The notes beneath the pieces were generated by a model. That model was not told the origin of the DNA. It made no database searches and was given only the letters and a program-made list of their open reading frames with translations. DNA of 64,000 nt from Fibrobacteria bacterium (GTDB lineage Bacteria > Fibrobacterota > Fibrobacteria > UBA11236), in NCBI GenBank assembly GCA_041746255.1, contig JBGTHM010000032.1, positions 61,614-125,613 of the forward strand. Reading direction: 5' to 3'. Position numbers and translations under genes: made by a program. Shown piece after piece: positions 1 through 9,867 of the stretch (the stretch's first letter is position 1; every line of letters begins with the position of its first letter).

Positions 1-1014
1 GGTATGGCCGCAACCTATGCCCAAGTGGAATTTCCCCATGAAGTCCATACCCACCGGGGATTGTCGGAAATCAGCACGATCATCTCCAGTTCCGAATTGA
101 ACGCCGAGGTGAAACGCCGGAGTCTGGCCATCTTCCAACGTCTGGCCGAAGTCGAGGCCCGGATACACGGTGTTACTCCCGAAGAGGTCCACTTCCATGA
201 ATTGGGAGCGCTCGACACTATCGTCGATATCACGGGAGCATGCATTGGCTTTGAAATGCTGGGTATAGAGGAGTTTTTCTGCACGTCATTCCCTTTCGGA
301 AAAGGGTCGATTCGCGCGGCCCATGGAAACCTTCCGCTTCCCGCGCCCGCTACCCTTGCATTGACGGAGGGATTTCCTTCGCATCGTACGGACATCACAG
401 CCGAACTGTGTACGCCTACGGGTGCGGCGATAGTCACCCACTTTGCCCGACCCCTGCCTTCAGGCATGCCTATGCGCCTTAGGCGCATCGGTTACGGAGC
501 GGGAACCCGCGACTTGCCTGACGGACCGAATGTATTGCGGTTGTGCTTGATGGAAAAAACCGACGCTCCGCCGGAAACGGAAGTTTTTCAGGTCGAATGC
601 AATATCGACAATATGCCCCCCGACTGGCTGGCCCATGCCTCGGGGCTTCTCTTCGAAGGAGGGTGCCGGGATGTCTGGCAGGAGCCCATCTACATGAAAA
701 AAAACCGGGCGGCCGTGAAGCTTTGCGCCCTGGTGGATACCGAAAAATTGGACGCCATTCTCAGCCTATTCGTAAGGGAGCTGTTGACCGGAGGAGTCCG
801 GTATTACCCCGTGAAGCGGCTTGTCGCGGAAAAGTCGGAAACCATCGTATCCACGCCCTGGGGCGATTTGCGCGCCAAGCGGGTGACGTTTCCCGCGCAG
901 GGGATAGAACGGGTCGAACCCGAGTATGAAAGTCTGCGGACGCTGGCGGCAGTGCGCGGAATACCTTTACATGTATTACATCGCGAAGTGATGGAGTATT
1001 TAAAATCCTCGTAG
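1..1014 (+). CDS. larC: Nickel-pincer cofactor nickel insertase LarC family, 5'-truncated by window edge
   Basis: HEVHTHR, EVHFHELGALDTIVDI, AAHGNLPLPAPATL, ELCTPTGAAI, ECNIDN, PIYMKKNR and PEYE motifs; C1 and C2 halves in one ORF. Confidence 0.9.
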   Translation, partial: GMAATYAQVEFPHEVHTHRGLSEISTIISSSELNAEVKRRSLAIFQRLAEVEARIHGVTPEEVHFHELGALDTIVDITGACIGFEMLGIEEFFCTSFPFGKGSIRAAHGNLPLPAPATLALTEGFPSHRTDITAELCTPTGAAIVTHFARPLPSGMPMRLRRIGYGAGTRDLPDGPNVLRLCLMEKTDAPPETEVFQVECNIDNMPPDWLAHASGLLFEGGCRDVWQEPIYMKKNRAAVKLCALVDTEKLDAILSLFVRELLTGGVRYYPVKRLVAEKSETIVSTPWGDLRAKRVTFPAQGIERVEPEYESLRTLAAVRGIPLHVLHREVMEYLKSS

Positions 1015-1051
1015 GCTGTTTTACCAAGGCCCAATAACGCACCGGTGAACT

Positions 1052-1429
1052 TTATCGTACCAGCTTCCGGATTTTTTGACGCAGCATGGCGGGTTCGAAA
1101 GGTTTGGGAAGGAATAAAGCCGATTTCTCGCCCAGTTCATTCTGAACGACGTCATTCATGGCATACCCCGAAATGTATATCACCTTTATTTCGGGCCGTA
1201 ATATACGCATGCACTCGGCTAATTCGCTGCCGCTCATGAAGGGTGGAATGACCTGATCGACGATGAGTATGTCGATGGCGGCGGCGTAATCGTCGCTGAG
1301 CCGCATGGCTTCGTCGCTATTCGTGGCTTGCAGCACACGATGCCCATCCGCCTCCAAGACCCGGGCGATGAGTCTTAGGATGGATGCGTCGTCATCAACC
1401 AATAGAAAAGTAAGTTTGTCTGCTTCCAT
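1052..1429 (-). CDS. Single-domain response regulator (receiver)
   Basis: LLVDDD, phospho-acceptor ILIVD, YISGY, LPKPF. Confidence 0.9.
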   Translation of the reverse strand: MEADKLTFLLVDDDASILRLIARVLEADGHRVLQATNSDEAMRLSDDYAAAIDILIVDQVIPPFMSGSELAECMRILRPEIKVIYISGYAMNDVVQNELGEKSALFLPKPFEPAMLRQKIRKLVR

Positions 1430-1540
1430 GAAATTTCCCCGTCAAACCTCACCAAAACTTACAAAAGGTGAGAAAAGACCTGCAAATATATGCTCGAACG
1501 GTGACTTAAAAACCGTCACATCCGGAAAAATCGTACCTGA

Positions 1541-1562
1541 GTGCGGATTTTTGAGTCCGCAC
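1541..1562. terminator. Stem-loop just downstream of the sigma factor stop codon
   Basis: GTGCGGA-TTTTTGAG-TCCGCAC 7-bp inverted repeat; no clear U-tract. Confidence 0.35.
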
Positions 1563-1567
1563 CCCCG

Positions 1568-2536
1568 CTAGGTTGTGCTCAGGTGAGACAATTTTTGCAC
1601 CCGGGAAGGATGTCGCAAGCGCTTCAAGGCTTTTTCCTTGATTTGCCGGACCCTCTCTCGAGTCAGGTTGTACCGTTGCGCAATTTCTTCCAAGGTGTAG
1701 GTTGTTTCCATGCCGATACCGAAATAAAGCCGGAGCACTCTCTCTTCGCGTTCCTCCAAAGTTCCCAGCATCTTAATGATTTCTTCGCGTGTGGAGCTGT
1801 CCAGTGAGGTTTTGTCCGGACTTTGCACGTTATCATCCTTCAGGACGTCCTGAAGTTTTCCCTCTTCGTCATTCTGAACCGATGCGTCCAACGACATGGG
1901 GGACGAGCTGAGTTGCAGACATTCGTGAATGTCGAGGACATTGATTTCCAACGCTTCCGCCAGCTCATTCGCATCGGGTTGTCGGCCGAGCTTTTGTTCC
2001 AATTTTATGCTGGTTTTCCCGATTTTATGGATTACGCCCACTCGGTTAAGGGGGATGTTGATGATGCGGCTTTGATCCGCCAAGGCCGAAAGAATCGCCT
2101 GGCGAATCCACCAAACTGCATAGGAGATGAACTTGAAGTTCATGGTTTCATCAAATCGTTGGGCGGCTCGGATGAGTCCGAGATTTCCTTCGTTAATCAG
2201 GTCTCCCATCGGTAGGCCTTGATATTGATAATTGCGGCAAACCGAGACCACGAATTTGAGATTGGCCTGGACCAGTTTATTCAATGCTTCCTTGTCACCT
2301 TTCTTGATGCGACGCGCCAATTCGGCCTCGTCTTGAAGGCACAGGGATTTGTTATGGCTGATTTCTTTCAGATAATTGGAAAGGCTTACATCATCACCCA
2401 GAAATTTCAGGTTTTTTTCCGGTTTCTTGCGCAGGGTGCTTGCCTTTTTACCGGTTTTGGAAGCCTGAGCGGCCTCATTATCACTGGTTATGGTATCTAT
2501 TGATGTGAATTTATCGTTCACTGCATACTCCTTCAT
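1568..2536 (-). CDS. RNA polymerase sigma-70 factor, RpoD/SigA-like, lacking region 1.1
   Basis: YLKEI (1.2), ANLKFVVSV/DLINEGNLGLIRAA/KFISYAVWWIRQAI (2), TLEEIA..LTRERVRQIKEKAL (4); AGAGG SD-like upstream. Confidence 0.93.
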   Translation of the reverse strand: MKEYAVNDKFTSIDTITSDNEAAQASKTGKKASTLRKKPEKNLKFLGDDVSLSNYLKEISHNKSLCLQDEAELARRIKKGDKEALNKLVQANLKFVVSVCRNYQYQGLPMGDLINEGNLGLIRAAQRFDETMNFKFISYAVWWIRQAILSALADQSRIINIPLNRVGVIHKIGKTSIKLEQKLGRQPDANELAEALEINVLDIHECLQLSSSPMSLDASVQNDEEGKLQDVLKDDNVQSPDKTSLDSSTREEIIKMLGTLEEREERVLRLYFGIGMETTYTLEEIAQRYNLTRERVRQIKEKALKRLRHPSRVQKLSHLSTT

Positions 2537-2701
2537 GGATTTCCTCTCGATCGCCTCTTCACTTGGGTTCGACCGTATTTTCTTTTAAAATCGTTATTTC
2601 CAGAGTGGATGCAAAGGAAAAAGAGTGTTTTGGCTATCTTTTTGCTCAAGTCGTGCTTTAGCCGAATCCTCCAAAGCTGCCGATTTAGAAAGATAGGGAA
2701 A

Positions 2702-3475
2702 ATGGCGTCGAATCGATTGATTTCCTGGAATGTCAACGGACTCCGGGCAGTTTGCAAAAAGGGGTTCTGTGATTGGCTTCTCCGGGAAGACCCGGATATT
2801 CTTTGCTTACAGGAAACCAAGGCGCATGAAGACCAGGTTATTCACGAAATGGCGCCCCTCGGAAACTATCATCGAGTTTTCACCAAGCCGGAAAAAAAAG
2901 GTTATAGCGGAGTCGCGATTTTTTCCCGTGTAAAACCACTGGAAATCGGTGTCGGGCTCGGTGTCGAAAAATTCGATCGGGAAGGGCGAACCCTGATTGC
3001 CCGGTACCCCGGTTTCACCTTATTCAACATCTATTTCCCCAACGGAAAATCCGGGCCGGAGCGCCTGGCTTACAAGATGGATTTTTATGAACACTTTTTA
3101 CAAACCGTAACGGCTTTGCTTAAGCAAGGCGAGAAAATCGTAGTCTGCGGCGATGTCAATACCGCGCACACCGCCATCGACTTGGCGCGCCCTCGCGCGA
3201 ACGAAAAAATATCCGGTTTCCTTCCAGAGGAACGGGAGTGGATGGATAGGTTTCTGGCAGCGGGATTCGTCGACACCTTCCGACTCTTTGAGACCCAAGG
3301 TGGGCATTATTCCTGGTGGGATATGAAATCGGGAGCCAGGGCGAGAAATGTCGGTTGGCGCATCGATTATTTCTTTGTTAGTGACAATCTGGCAAAAAGC
3401 GTAAAAAGTGCCGGAATTCGCCCGGAAATTGAGGGATCCGACCATTGCCCCGTCACCCTCGAGCTCTCCGTCTAA
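2702..3475 (+). CDS. xth: Exodeoxyribonuclease III (AP endonuclease)
   Basis: SWNVNG, LQETK, GYSGVA, YFPNG, GDVNTAH, WRIDY, SDHCP; start trimmed to ATG 2702. Confidence 0.95.
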   Translation: MASNRLISWNVNGLRAVCKKGFCDWLLREDPDILCLQETKAHEDQVIHEMAPLGNYHRVFTKPEKKGYSGVAIFSRVKPLEIGVGLGVEKFDREGRTLIARYPGFTLFNIYFPNGKSGPERLAYKMDFYEHFLQTVTALLKQGEKIVVCGDVNTAHTAIDLARPRANEKISGFLPEEREWMDRFLAAGFVDTFRLFETQGGHYSWWDMKSGARARNVGWRIDYFFVSDNLAKSVKSAGIRPEIEGSDHCPVTLELSV

Positions 3476-3637
3476 GGGTTGAAATTCTCCTCTTGGCCCG
3501 ATAAGAAACATTCCGGCACCTATTCGGGGTGATAGCTGGGTGAATGGGATGATTTTTTTATTATTTCGGCAAATCACTTTTGAGGGTCGAATGGCCCGCC
3601 GCAGTTTTACACAAACTTTCGGGACAAAGGGGTAGGC

Positions 3638-4480
3638 GTGGAAGACGAGTGCTTGTCGGAGATGAAAAGAATTCGGGAGCTGGAAGCAGCGGTCCAGAGA
3701 AATCCATTCGATGAAACCCCGGTATTGGAGTTATGTCGCTCCTATCTGGAAGTACGGCGTTTTCAGGATGCCACCATGGTTCTGGAAAACCTGCGTGACT
3801 GCAAACCCGATACGCAAGAACTCTATTCCCTTCTCGGAATTTCCTACTTGAATACAGACCGACCGGACGATGCTTTGTACCACCTTCGTCGGGCGGTAGA
3901 ACATCGACCCGAGGACGCGGGTCTGTATACGCTTATGGCGGACGCCTTGTTCCGTACGGAAAAATATCCTCAAGCCATCGCATATTATAAGAAGTCCGCG
4001 GAAATGGAGCCGGGAAATACCGCCACCTTACGCAAACTGGCTCAGGCCTTTTTCGATGTGGGAATGATGGCGGAAGCAGTCGATATCCTCTCCGAGGCCT
4101 TGCAATACGAACCCGAAGCGCCGGAATTGTGGAGCAGCCTGGGGTGGGCGCAAATACACATGGCTCGTTATCGGGAAGCGGTCGAATCCCTGCAAAAGGC
4201 GCTGGAACGTTGTCCAGACGATTTGCAATGCATCAAAAGCTTGGCATTGGCCGCATTCGCCCTAGGACGGAAAGAGGAAAGTTTCCGTTTCTATGAAATT
4301 GCCCGCCAGTACAATCCCCAGGATGAAGAAGCGCTTTTCGGAATGGGTATCATTTATGTTTCCGTGGGGGACTTGAAAACCGCCTACAGGTTTTATGAAG
4401 ACTTGCTTATTTCCAATCCTTCCTTAGCGGCTGATCTATACGTGAAAATCGTGGAGCAGAAAAACCTGCACCACGCCTAA
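3638..4480 (+). CDS. Tetratricopeptide repeat protein
   Basis: About 7 tandem 34-aa repeats of the LG..Y....A......A....P type. Confidence 0.88.
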   Translation: MEDECLSEMKRIRELEAAVQRNPFDETPVLELCRSYLEVRRFQDATMVLENLRDCKPDTQELYSLLGISYLNTDRPDDALYHLRRAVEHRPEDAGLYTLMADALFRTEKYPQAIAYYKKSAEMEPGNTATLRKLAQAFFDVGMMAEAVDILSEALQYEPEAPELWSSLGWAQIHMARYREAVESLQKALERCPDDLQCIKSLALAAFALGRKEESFRFYEIARQYNPQDEEALFGMGIIYVSVGDLKTAYRFYEDLLISNPSLAADLYVKIVEQKNLHHA

Positions 4481-4593
4481 GCCCTACTCCGGGCATTCAC
4501 TCCTTGTATTCCAATCTTCGATAATTTTATTTCGAAAGAGGTACTCCGGTCTTTGGGGTGCTTATTTATATCATGGGGAATAAGGGAGGTTAC

Positions 4594-4794
4594 ATGAATA
4601 CATTTTTGAAAGTTATGGGAGGCTTTGGTTTGGCTGCTGCGGCCTTTACGTATTTCTGGGATAAATCCCGTCGCGACCAGGCCACCATGGCCGGAAAACT
4701 GGGTTTTGAAGGTGGCGGCACGGTTGGATATTTAAAGGGCTTCGGAAAAGGGCTAAGCAAAGGTTTTAAGTCAGCGCTGCGGATTCGCGCCTGA
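4594..4794 (+). CDS. Small (66 aa) Gly-rich putative membrane protein
   Basis: SD AAGGGAGGT before ATG 4594; hydrophobic N-terminus and GxxxG-rich basic C-terminus. Confidence 0.65.
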   Translation: MNTFLKVMGGFGLAAAAFTYFWDKSRRDQATMAGKLGFEGGGTVGYLKGFGKGLSKGFKSALRIRA

Positions 4795-4942
4795 CAGTAA
4801 TCTATAAACAGCCCCTAAAACGATTTAATTTTAAAAAAAGACGGTTTTGAATAACCTTCCCCTGCGATGGGGATAATTTATCCTCTTGACGGTATTCGTT
4901 AAAACAAATAGTTTCTTCTCTTCACCCATCAAGGAGGATTCT

Positions 4943-5590
4943 ATGAATTTCAAAAAAACCTTTATGCCCGTAGCTTTAGGGATTTTTGTAGCGGGTTTCA
5001 CGAGCCTGCCGGCGGCGGAATATGATATCGATCCCTCGCATAGCGAAATCGTGTTCAAGGTCAAGTACATGGGCCTCAGTACGGTAACCGGACGCTTCGA
5101 AAAATTTTCGGGAAGCTTCACCTTGGATACTGCCAATGTACTGGCTACCAAGGGTAGTGCGGTAATCGATGCAAAATCAATCAATACCAACGAGACGAAA
5201 AGAGACGATCACATACGTGCGGAAGACTTCTTCCATGTGGAAAAGCATCCCGAAATCAAATTCGTGGGCAAGCACGTGAAAGCGAAGGGCGATAAAGGCT
5301 ACCAATTGGTGGGTGACCTAACCATGCGGGGAGTGACCAAGGAAATCGCCCTCGATGTGCAACCCGGTGGTCTGGGTATAGATCCTTGGGGAAATACCCG
5401 AGCCGCCTTCGAGGCTACCGGATCCATCAATCGGAAAGATTGGGGCCTGCAATGGAACAAGGTGTTGGAGGCCGGCGGTTTGCTTGTAGGCGATGACGTG
5501 ACTCTCAATCTGTCGTTCCAAGGAATCCAGAAAGCGGCGGCCACGCCCGCCAAAGCTGAGAAAAAAGCCGCTCCCGCGAAAAAGAAATAG
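4943..5590 (+). CDS. yceI: YceI family polyisoprenoid-binding periplasmic protein
   Basis: SD AAGGAGG; signal peptide; IDPSHSEIVF, GRF, SINT..KRDDHIR..DFF, GDLTMRGVTK, DPWGN, NRKDWG. Confidence 0.92.
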   Translation: MNFKKTFMPVALGIFVAGFTSLPAAEYDIDPSHSEIVFKVKYMGLSTVTGRFEKFSGSFTLDTANVLATKGSAVIDAKSINTNETKRDDHIRAEDFFHVEKHPEIKFVGKHVKAKGDKGYQLVGDLTMRGVTKEIALDVQPGGLGIDPWGNTRAAFEATGSINRKDWGLQWNKVLEAGGLLVGDDVTLNLSFQGIQKAAATPAKAEKKAAPAKKK

Positions 5591-5647
5591 CGGAAGTAGA
5601 TAGGCATGCTGATGGAACACCGCTTAGGCGGAATTCCATCGCTCGTC

Positions 5648-6292
5648 CTACATGGCCCACATTTCAAAAACCAGCGAAGCTAAAATTTTAATGTCGCGGG
5701 TTTGAATACCTCCCAAGCCGGGAACCTCGTCTTCCAGCAAGTCAATAAAACCGTGGGTATATCGCGCGTCAAGTCCTAGAAGAACCGTGGGCGCCACCCT
5801 GAAACTGAAACCCGCTCCGACATCCACTCCCATATCAAGAGGCGCGAGGGCGGATTCGAAGTCTTCGGTCACCTCATCAAAATCGGCTTCCACCGTTAAA
5901 TTGTACGCGAAATTCGGTCCGGCGAAAACGAAACCGAAAGCATCGGGATTCCCGAATTTCAGCTTAAACAACACGGGCAATGACAGGTAGGTGAGACGAG
6001 GTCTACCCGTGATTTCCACCTCATCGGGCGTAATGGTGAAATCGGAACCCCGCGTCACGTACATGGGTTGAATCGCCAGGCTAATCGGTTTGCCGAAACC
6101 GAATTCAGCCGAAAGGCCGGCAGCCCATCCTAAATGGCCTTCCGCTTCTCCCTCGGTGATGTCGGCATTCGCAAAATTTATTCCACCGATAGGCCCCATG
6201 CCCCACTCGCCGAATCCCAGGCCGGCGATAATGGCGCAGAGCGTCAGGAAATTTCTTAGGCGATATGATATTGGTTTCGATTCTACAATCAT
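5648..6292 (-). CDS. Outer membrane beta-barrel protein, PorT/porin-like
   Basis: GGINFA, YLSLPVLFK, FAGP, LDARYTHG alternating beta pattern; GGGAG SD before ATG 6292. Confidence 0.75.
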   Translation of the reverse strand: MIVESKPISYRLRNFLTLCAIIAGLGFGEWGMGPIGGINFANADITEGEAEGHLGWAAGLSAEFGFGKPISLAIQPMYVTRGSDFTITPDEVEITGRPRLTYLSLPVLFKLKFGNPDAFGFVFAGPNFAYNLTVEADFDEVTEDFESALAPLDMGVDVGAGFSFRVAPTVLLGLDARYTHGFIDLLEDEVPGLGGIQTRDIKILASLVFEMWAM

Positions 6293-6436
6293 ATGACTCC
6301 CTTGTGTTAATTGAAGCGCCCACCTTCCTGGATCGGAACAGAGGAGGTCAGACATACGCAAAAAAGCTTTTTCGGCGCCGAAGGAAAAGCTTTTCTAATT
6401 TCTTTCCCCTTGCAAACGGTGATTGGGGTAAGTTGG

Positions 6437-7633
6437 ATGGGTACGAAAATCAATGAAAAAGTGCTGCTGCTGATATTGGCGGCGGTACAATTCACCCATA
6501 TTCTCGATTTCATGATCGTCATGCCGCTAGGCCCCCAGTTCATCCGGGTTTTCGGCATCTCCACCGCCGAATTCGGATTTTTGATATCGGTGTATACTTT
6601 CAGCGCCGGAATCAGCGGGCTATCGGTGGCCCTCTTCATCGATCGCTTCGATCGGAAGCGTGTGCTCCTTTTCAGTTATGCCGGCTTTACCGTGGGGACG
6701 CTTTTATGCGCGCTGGCACCCACCTACGCCTTTCTGGTGGCGGCACGATTGCTGGCCGGCGCATTCGGAGGAGTAACCAGTTCGATGACGCTTGCGATCG
6801 TAGGCGACGTCATTCCGGTGGCGCGCCGTGGCTCCGCCATGGGCAAGATCATGGCGGCCTTTTCACTGGCTTCCATCGCCGGAATTCCTATCGGATTATT
6901 TCTGGCGAACCGCTGGGATTGGCACGCTCCTTTTTTCATGCTGGTCGGATTAGGCGTCTTTATCGGATTGGTGGGTTGGTATTTTTTGCCGTCCTTGCGC
7001 AGTCATCTCGTCCCTGGGGAGGAAAGGCGCAATGCTTTTCGGGAGATGCAAAGCCTGTTGTCGCACCCCAATCATCTCCGCGCCCTGTCTTTGACGGTAC
7101 TGATGACCTTTTCCGGATTCATGGTAATCCCCTATATCAGCCCCTACCTCGTCGCGAATTCCGGCCTGACGGAAGCGCAATTACCCTTTATTTACCTGAT
7201 TGGCGGTTTCTGTACCTTTTTCAGCATGCCGCTTTTCGGCAAATTGGGCGATCGGTTCGGATTATTACGGGTTTTCACCATCATGAGTCTTTTGACCATT
7301 GTACCCATCGCGGTATTAACCAATCTTCCGGTGGTGCCCTTGGGGGCGGCATTGGCAGTGACCACGCTATTCATGGTCATTTCTTCGGGCCGGATGGTTC
7401 CCGGGATGGCCATGGTGACTTCCAGTCCGGCTTCCCGCGTGCGCGGGAGTTTCATGAGCGTGAATTCGGCGGCGCAACAGTTTTCCACTTCCTTGGCGGC
7501 TTTCACGGCGGGGCTGGTTTTGCATCAAACCGCTTCCGGGGAGTTTTCGGGATACCCTAGGGTCGGGTTATTGTCGATGCTCTTTCTGATCCTGAGCGTG
7601 GTGGTGGCCCGGGGCTTGCGCTTCCAGAGGTAG
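6437..7633 (+). CDS. MFS transporter
   Basis: About 12 hydrophobic segments; motif A DRFDRK and GKLGDRFG. Confidence 0.92.
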   Translation: MGTKINEKVLLLILAAVQFTHILDFMIVMPLGPQFIRVFGISTAEFGFLISVYTFSAGISGLSVALFIDRFDRKRVLLFSYAGFTVGTLLCALAPTYAFLVAARLLAGAFGGVTSSMTLAIVGDVIPVARRGSAMGKIMAAFSLASIAGIPIGLFLANRWDWHAPFFMLVGLGVFIGLVGWYFLPSLRSHLVPGEERRNAFREMQSLLSHPNHLRALSLTVLMTFSGFMVIPYISPYLVANSGLTEAQLPFIYLIGGFCTFFSMPLFGKLGDRFGLLRVFTIMSLLTIVPIAVLTNLPVVPLGAALAVTTLFMVISSGRMVPGMAMVTSSPASRVRGSFMSVNSAAQQFSTSLAAFTAGLVLHQTASGEFSGYPRVGLLSMLFLILSVVVARGLRFQR

Positions 7634-7674
7634 CGGGCTAAGGAGCCGGGAAAAGTATGTAAATTACCTCCCTT

Positions 7675-8373
7675 ATGTCGGAAATCCGCCTCCGGGTCAG
7701 CGAAATCTACAAGTCCATCCAAGGTGAATCGACCCATGCGGGCCGGGTTTGCACCTTCATCCGCCTGGCGGGATGCAACTTGCGTTGCGCCTATTGCGAT
7801 ACCCCTTATGCCTTAAGTGCGGTATCGGGCGAGTGGTGGAACATCGAGGATATCCTAGCGCGTGTTCGCGAGTTGGGAACGGGACTGGTGGAACTGACCG
7901 GGGGCGAACCACTCCTGCAAAAGGCGACACCCGCCCTGGCGGCACGCTTGCTGGATGAGGGCTTCGAGGTGCTCATCGAGACCAGCGGGTCTTTCGATAT
8001 CGATGTTTTGCCGAGCGGGGTGAAGCGCATAATGGATGTGAAGGGACCGTGCAGCGGTGAAATCGAATCGCTTCGCCAAGAAAACCTGGAAAAGTTGCAG
8101 GCCCGTGACGAGGTGAAATTCGTCCTCCACGATCGCGAAGAATACGAGTGGGCGCGCGGCTTTCTGGCTACTCACCAACTGGATTCGCGCTGTACCGTGC
8201 TTTTCTCGCCGGTATTCGCCAATAGCGTTCCGGTCGCCCCCTACCGCAAGCCGGTGGATACGGGGCTAGCGCCCAAGGAGTTGGCGGCCTGGATTCTGGA
8301 GGACAACCTTCCCGTACGCCTCCAGCTCCAGCAACACAAGTATATTTGGTCTCCGGAAGCGCGAGGCGTTTGA
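7675..8373 (+). CDS. queE: 7-carboxy-7-deazaguanine synthase (radical SAM)
   Basis: SIQGE, FIRLAGCNLRCAYCDT, TGGEPLL, LQQHKY; adjacent to queD. Confidence 0.92.
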   Translation: MSEIRLRVSEIYKSIQGESTHAGRVCTFIRLAGCNLRCAYCDTPYALSAVSGEWWNIEDILARVRELGTGLVELTGGEPLLQKATPALAARLLDEGFEVLIETSGSFDIDVLPSGVKRIMDVKGPCSGEIESLRQENLEKLQARDEVKFVLHDREEYEWARGFLATHQLDSRCTVLFSPVFANSVPVAPYRKPVDTGLAPKELAAWILEDNLPVRLQLQQHKYIWSPEARGV

Positions 8374-8394
8374 GGGTTTTCGGCGGAGGCAATC

Positions 8395-8856
8395 ATGTAT
8401 CGAGTCAGCAAATCATTCGAGGTTGAAAGCGGCCATTTCCTGTCCAAGCACCAGGAAAAATGCAAAAATCCGCATGGCCATACCCGGCGTATTGAAATCG
8501 TAGTGGCTTCCGAATCGCTCGACGCCAACGACATGGTATGCGATTTCAAGGTTTTCAAACTGGCCGTGGGGGAATTCCTCGATTCGCTGGACCATGCCAT
8601 GCTTATCAGCACCGAATCGCCCCATCTGGAATATTTCCGTAAAGCTTTCGAAAGGGTAATTCCCGTGGAAGGGTCTGACCCCACCACCGAAGTGATGGCG
8701 CGCCTCATCTATACGCGTGTGCGTGACGAAATCGCCCGGAAGAAATCCTATACCGCCCCCTCCGGAGCCCGCTATCGTTTCCCCGAGAGCCTACGCCTCG
8801 AAAGGGTCCGGGTGTGGGAAACCTCCACCACCTGGGCGGAATTCGAGGAGAAATGA
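8395..8856 (+). CDS. queD: 6-carboxy-5,6,7,8-tetrahydropterin synthase
   Basis: ESGH, CKNPHGH (CxxxHGH), DF, LDH, PTTE, WET. Confidence 0.9.
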   Translation: MYRVSKSFEVESGHFLSKHQEKCKNPHGHTRRIEIVVASESLDANDMVCDFKVFKLAVGEFLDSLDHAMLISTESPHLEYFRKAFERVIPVEGSDPTTEVMARLIYTRVRDEIARKKSYTAPSGARYRFPESLRLERVRVWETSTTWAEFEEK

Positions 8857-9848
8857 CCGTCGCTCCGCTGCTACGGAGATTCTCCGTCGCTCCCATGATG
8901 GATTGCACCGACCGCCATTGCCGGTTTTTCCACCGGTTGCTTTCGCGGCGCATGGTGTTGTACACCGAAATGGTGACGACCGGTGCGGTCATCCATGGAA
9001 AAGCCGATAGGTTGCTGGCCTTCCATGAGGACGAACACCCGGTGGCGGTGCAATTGGGCGGAAGCGACCCGCAAGCCCTGGCACAAAGCGCTCGACGTGC
9101 GCGTGAGTTCGGCTATGACGAGGTGAACCTCAACGTGGGTTGTCCCAGCGATCGGGTCCAGTCGGGTCGTTTCGGCGCCTGCCTGATGGCCGAACCCGAT
9201 TTGGTGGCGCAATGCGTGGAAGCCATGCGCGCCGCCGTGGACTTGCCTATTACGGTCAAGACCCGCATCGGCATCGACGACAAAGACTCATACGAAGAGT
9301 TGCAGGGTTTCATTGCCAGGGTTGCGGCGGCGGGTTGCACGACTTTCATCCTGCATGCGCGCAAGGCATGGCTCAAGGGGCTCAGCCCCAAGCAGAACCG
9401 GGAAAAACCACCGCTGCGATACGACGTGGTAAGGCGCGTGAAAGCGGATTTTCCCGAATTGGAAATCATCATCAACGGCGGCATTACCGATTTGGAACAA
9501 GCGCGCGAGCATTTGCTCGTATTGGATGGGGTGATGCTCGGTCGCGAGGCTTATTCCAATCCCTATATGCTTACCGAAGTTGATTCGTCGGTATATGGAG
9601 AAACAGGAACGATACCGTCACGAGCGGATATTGTCGCGAAATACCTTCCCTATGTTCGCGCGCGCGTCGAAGAGGGTTGTCCCCTGGGAATTCTGCTCAA
9701 GCCCGTGCTGGGTCTTTATCATAACCGCTATGGCGCCCGGAGCTGGCGTCGGCACCTCAGCGAGAACATGTTCCGGCCGGGAGCCCGTCCCGAACTGCTG
9801 CTGGAGGCTCTCGACTGGGTGGAATCGGCCGCGTCTTCATCAACATGA
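8853..9848 (+). CDS. dusA: tRNA dihydrouridine(20/20a) synthase
   Basis: SVAPMMD, QLGGSDP, NLNVGCPSDRVQSGRFGACLM, HARKAWLKGLSPKQNR; ATGA overlap with queD stop. Confidence 0.95.
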   Translation: MTVAPLLRRFSVAPMMDCTDRHCRFFHRLLSRRMVLYTEMVTTGAVIHGKADRLLAFHEDEHPVAVQLGGSDPQALAQSARRAREFGYDEVNLNVGCPSDRVQSGRFGACLMAEPDLVAQCVEAMRAAVDLPITVKTRIGIDDKDSYEELQGFIARVAAAGCTTFILHARKAWLKGLSPKQNREKPPLRYDVVRRVKADFPELEIIINGGITDLEQAREHLLVLDGVMLGREAYSNPYMLTEVDSSVYGETGTIPSRADIVAKYLPYVRARVEEGCPLGILLKPVLGLYHNRYGARSWRRHLSENMFRPGARPELLLEALDWVESAASSST

Positions 9849-9867
9849 GGCTTCCGTGCCCTCCCAC

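Noticed and set aside
1..1014. Programmed frameshift in larC as in Lactobacillus larC1/C2
   Set aside because: Both halves are in one continuous frame; the A-run near 697-705 does not break it
1430..1540. Riboswitch upstream of the response regulator
   Set aside because: Only short dyads (CTCACC..GGTGAG); no recognisable aptamer consensus
7675..8856. queE/queD as part of a Dpd DNA 7-deazaguanine modification system
   Set aside because: No dpdA/tgt-like or other dpd genes; dusA and queG context indicates tRNA modification
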